Under the pieces are notes generated by a model that was not told the DNA's origin, searched no databases, and worked only from the letters and a program-made list of their open reading frames with translations. 64,000 nucleotides of DNA from Verrucomicrobiota bacterium (GTDB lineage Bacteria > Verrucomicrobiota > Verrucomicrobiia > Limisphaerales > J093), in contig JAAYVR010000026.1 of the NCBI GenBank assembly GCA_012517065.1, positions 2,390 to 66,389 on the forward strand. The letters are read 5' to 3'. Position 1 is the stretch's first letter. Each line of letters begins with the position of its first letter. Made by a program: the position numbers and the translations under genes. Shown here piece after piece: positions 62,754 to 64,000 of the stretch.

Positions 62754-63526
62754 GGCTTGATCTTCTGGTAAATGGCCGGCAGGCGGGTGCGATACAGCTC
62801 ACTCACCTGCGCCTCCATCTCGGCCAATGGTTTCACCGGGATCAGGTCCATCACCTCTGACGGGCTCAGACCCGACTCGAGCAACGTGCGCGTGCCGCCG
62901 CAAACCATGCGTTTCATTGCCGGCACAATCTCGGCGTCCGTCAAACCAAAACCCGCAGCCACCTCGCGCAAGGTCTGCAATTGAAACCACAGGTACGTCG
63001 GCCCCATCCCAGACAAGATTGCGTATGCCTCGAGCTTTTCCTCGGCCACTTCCGGACACTCACCCAATGGCCCGAGCAATGATTTGACTTCAGCACGATC
63101 ACCGGCGCTCAACGCAGAACCTAACACCGTGGGATTGTAACCCTGGCCGATAATCGATGGCGCGTTTGGTATCACACGGGCGATCCGTGCAAATCCCCCA
63201 AGGATTTCTGTCAGCTTCGAGACCGTAAACTTTGGCGCCAACGACACAAGAATTGCATCGGGTTTGAGATTGGCTTTCACGCCGCCGCAGACCTCGACCA
63301 TCACGGGCGGGTGAACTGCCAGGAATACAATGTCCTGGGCTGCCACCGCCGAGCTCGAGGCCCCAACCTCGATGTTCGGGAACCTGTCCTTCAACTTCGC
63401 AAGCGCTTCTTGATTACAGTCGCAAACCGTCACTCTGGCTGGCATTGCGTTTGCGCGTTTCCAGCCCTCGAGAAAAATGCGGGTCACCCGCCCGCCGCCA
63501 ATGAACCCGATACTTTTGTGGTGCAT
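62750..63526 (-). CDS. pyrroline-5-carboxylate reductase-family NAD(P)H oxidoreductase
   Basis: 258 aa. IGFIGGGRVTRIF dinucleotide fold and a ProC-like C-terminal dimerisation domain. Overlaps the next gene by 4 nt. Confidence 0.8.
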   Translation of the reverse strand: MHHKSIGFIGGGRVTRIFLEGWKRANAMPARVTVCDCNQEALAKLKDRFPNIEVGASSSAVAAQDIVFLAVHPPVMVEVCGGVKANLKPDAILVSLAPKFTVSKLTEILGGFARIARVIPNAPSIIGQGYNPTVLGSALSAGDRAEVKSLLGPLGECPEVAEEKLEAYAILSGMGPTYLWFQLQTLREVAAGFGLTDAEIVPAMKRMVCGGTRTLLESGLSPSEVMDLIPVKPLAEMEAQVSELYRTRLPAIYQKIKP

Positions 63527-63619
63527 TTGTCCCTCCAGAGTCTGATTGTTTACTCTTTACCTCACACGTCTCACGTCTCCCGAATCACGTATTACGCATC
63601 ACTTTTCACGTCTCGCGTC
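63527..63619 (-). repeat. 7-nt periodic ACGTGA-rich intergenic leader
   Basis: The minus strand reads GACGCGA GACGTGA AAAGTGA TGCGTAA TACGTGA TTCGGGA GACGTGA GACGTGT GAGGTAA AGAGTAA, then ...GGAGGGACAA ATG. Confidence 0.8.
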
Positions 63620-63880
63620 TCAGCTACTCTTCTCCCCTTCAGCCGCCTGACTCAACATTGTCTTGAGTTCGGCTACGCTCGGCACTTTGCCGACCACTTT
63701 TATTGTCCCGTTGATTGCGAGCGCCGGCGTCATCATTACGCCGAGGGCCATGATCTGCTGGAGATCCGTGACCTTGTTGAGTTCATATTGCAGACCGAGC
63801 TCTTTTGCAGCCTGTTCAGCAAACTGCGCCAGCGTCCTGCACCGCGCGCATCCAGGTCCAATCACAAGCAAACTAATCAT
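63620..63880 (-). CDS. small thioredoxin-fold protein (redox-active disulfide protein, TM0996/MTH895-like)
   Basis: 86 aa. MISLLVIGPGCARC CxxC at the N-terminus and TPALAINGTIKVVGKVPS. Confidence 0.85.
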   Translation of the reverse strand: MISLLVIGPGCARCRTLAQFAEQAAKELGLQYELNKVTDLQQIMALGVMMTPALAINGTIKVVGKVPSVAELKTMLSQAAEGEKSS

Positions 63881-63952
63881 ACGCTTTCTCCTTTCACGCT
63901 CTCCATTTCATTGTTCACGTTTTACTTATCACGTTTCACGTTTCACGTTTCA
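63881..63952 (-). repeat. heptanucleotide tandem repeat (TGAAACG)n forming the whole leader of the thioredoxin-like gene
   Basis: The minus strand, from the stop codon of the upstream gene, reads TGAAACG TGAAACG TGAAACG TGATAAG TAAAACG TGAACAA TGAAATG GAGAGCG TGAAAGG AGAAAGC GT-ATG. Confidence 0.9.
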
Positions 63953-64000
63953 CTTCACCGCACCATATACCATGCCCGTGATCGTCGCCATGACGACGGT
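63950..64000 (-). CDS. 3' end of a membrane protein gene (permease-like; partial)
   Basis: The open frame reads ...TVVMATITGMVYGAVK-TGA. Hydrophobic C-terminus. Small thioredoxin-fold genes of this type usually sit beside a DUF318/ArsP-like permease (from memory). Confidence 0.4.
   Translation of the reverse strand, partial: TVVMATITGMVYGAVK

Noticed and set aside
1-64000. Mobile genetic element or genomic island bounded by integrase, transposase or tRNA
   Set aside because: No integrase, transposase, phage or conjugation genes and no tRNA were found. The repeats are non-autonomous, and gene decay (RND, GlgP relics) is the only sign of plasticity.

Overview
GC-rich bacterial chromosomal segment. 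I found no rRNA, tRNA, CRISPR array, transposase or integrase. About 60 CDS are supported, mostly on the minus strand and packed into operons with overlapping stop/start codons. Gene content, from start to end: (1) 0-5.3 kb, nucleotide-sugar dehydrogenase / 4-epimerase / membrane GT2 operon with an MntA-HepT toxin-antitoxin pair wedged inside, plus a second MNT-type gene at the window edge. (2) 5.4-6.6 kb, a DUF3782-like coiled-coil/nuclease-fold protein behind a frameshifted wHTH gene. (3) 7.0-17.3 kb, a nine-gene membrane-bound group-4-type [NiFe]-hydrogenase operon. Its FdhF-like molybdopterin subunit lacks the formate-dehydrogenase catalytic residues, and it carries a sulfhydrogenase beta/gamma-like FeS + FAD/NAD(P) module. 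(4) 19.9-25.8 kb, CoaC - histidine kinase - sigma54 response regulator - small TM protein - squalene/phytoene synthase - YdjC/HpnK - EamA, all tightly coupled. (5) 26.6-34.5 kb, a plus-strand housekeeping block (two sugar kinases, holB, O-antigen-ligase-like, aroQ, accB, accC). (6) 35-51.6 kb, ClC channel with a TA-like pair, PPK2, glycoside hydrolase, SDR, M28 peptidase, CBM48 protein, and TolC-MFP-RND efflux with an antisense HicB-like insert. (7) 52-57.6 kb, porin - FmdE - TauE - membrane-anchored octahaem cytochrome c operon. (8) 58.2-64 kb, an envelope thiol-redox / metal(loid)-handling island (Cys-rich protein, Tat-exported flavoprotein, CcdA-like, thioredoxin-fold proteins, Trx-TRASH fusion, CopZ-like [2Fe-2S] protein, ProC-like reductase). 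Three of its intergenic leaders are built from 7-nt periodic (A/G)CGTGAA arrays. Nearly all remaining intergenic DNA is made of at least nine families of structured interspersed repeats that recur in fixed module order; these generate most of the spurious ORFs in the track. The best candidates for undescribed biology are the hydrogenase operon (3), the cytochrome operon (7), and the thiol-redox island with its heptad-repeat leaders (8). All family assignments come from motif recognition by eye and need HMM/BLAST confirmation. Starts were refined from the ORF track where an internal start fits better.
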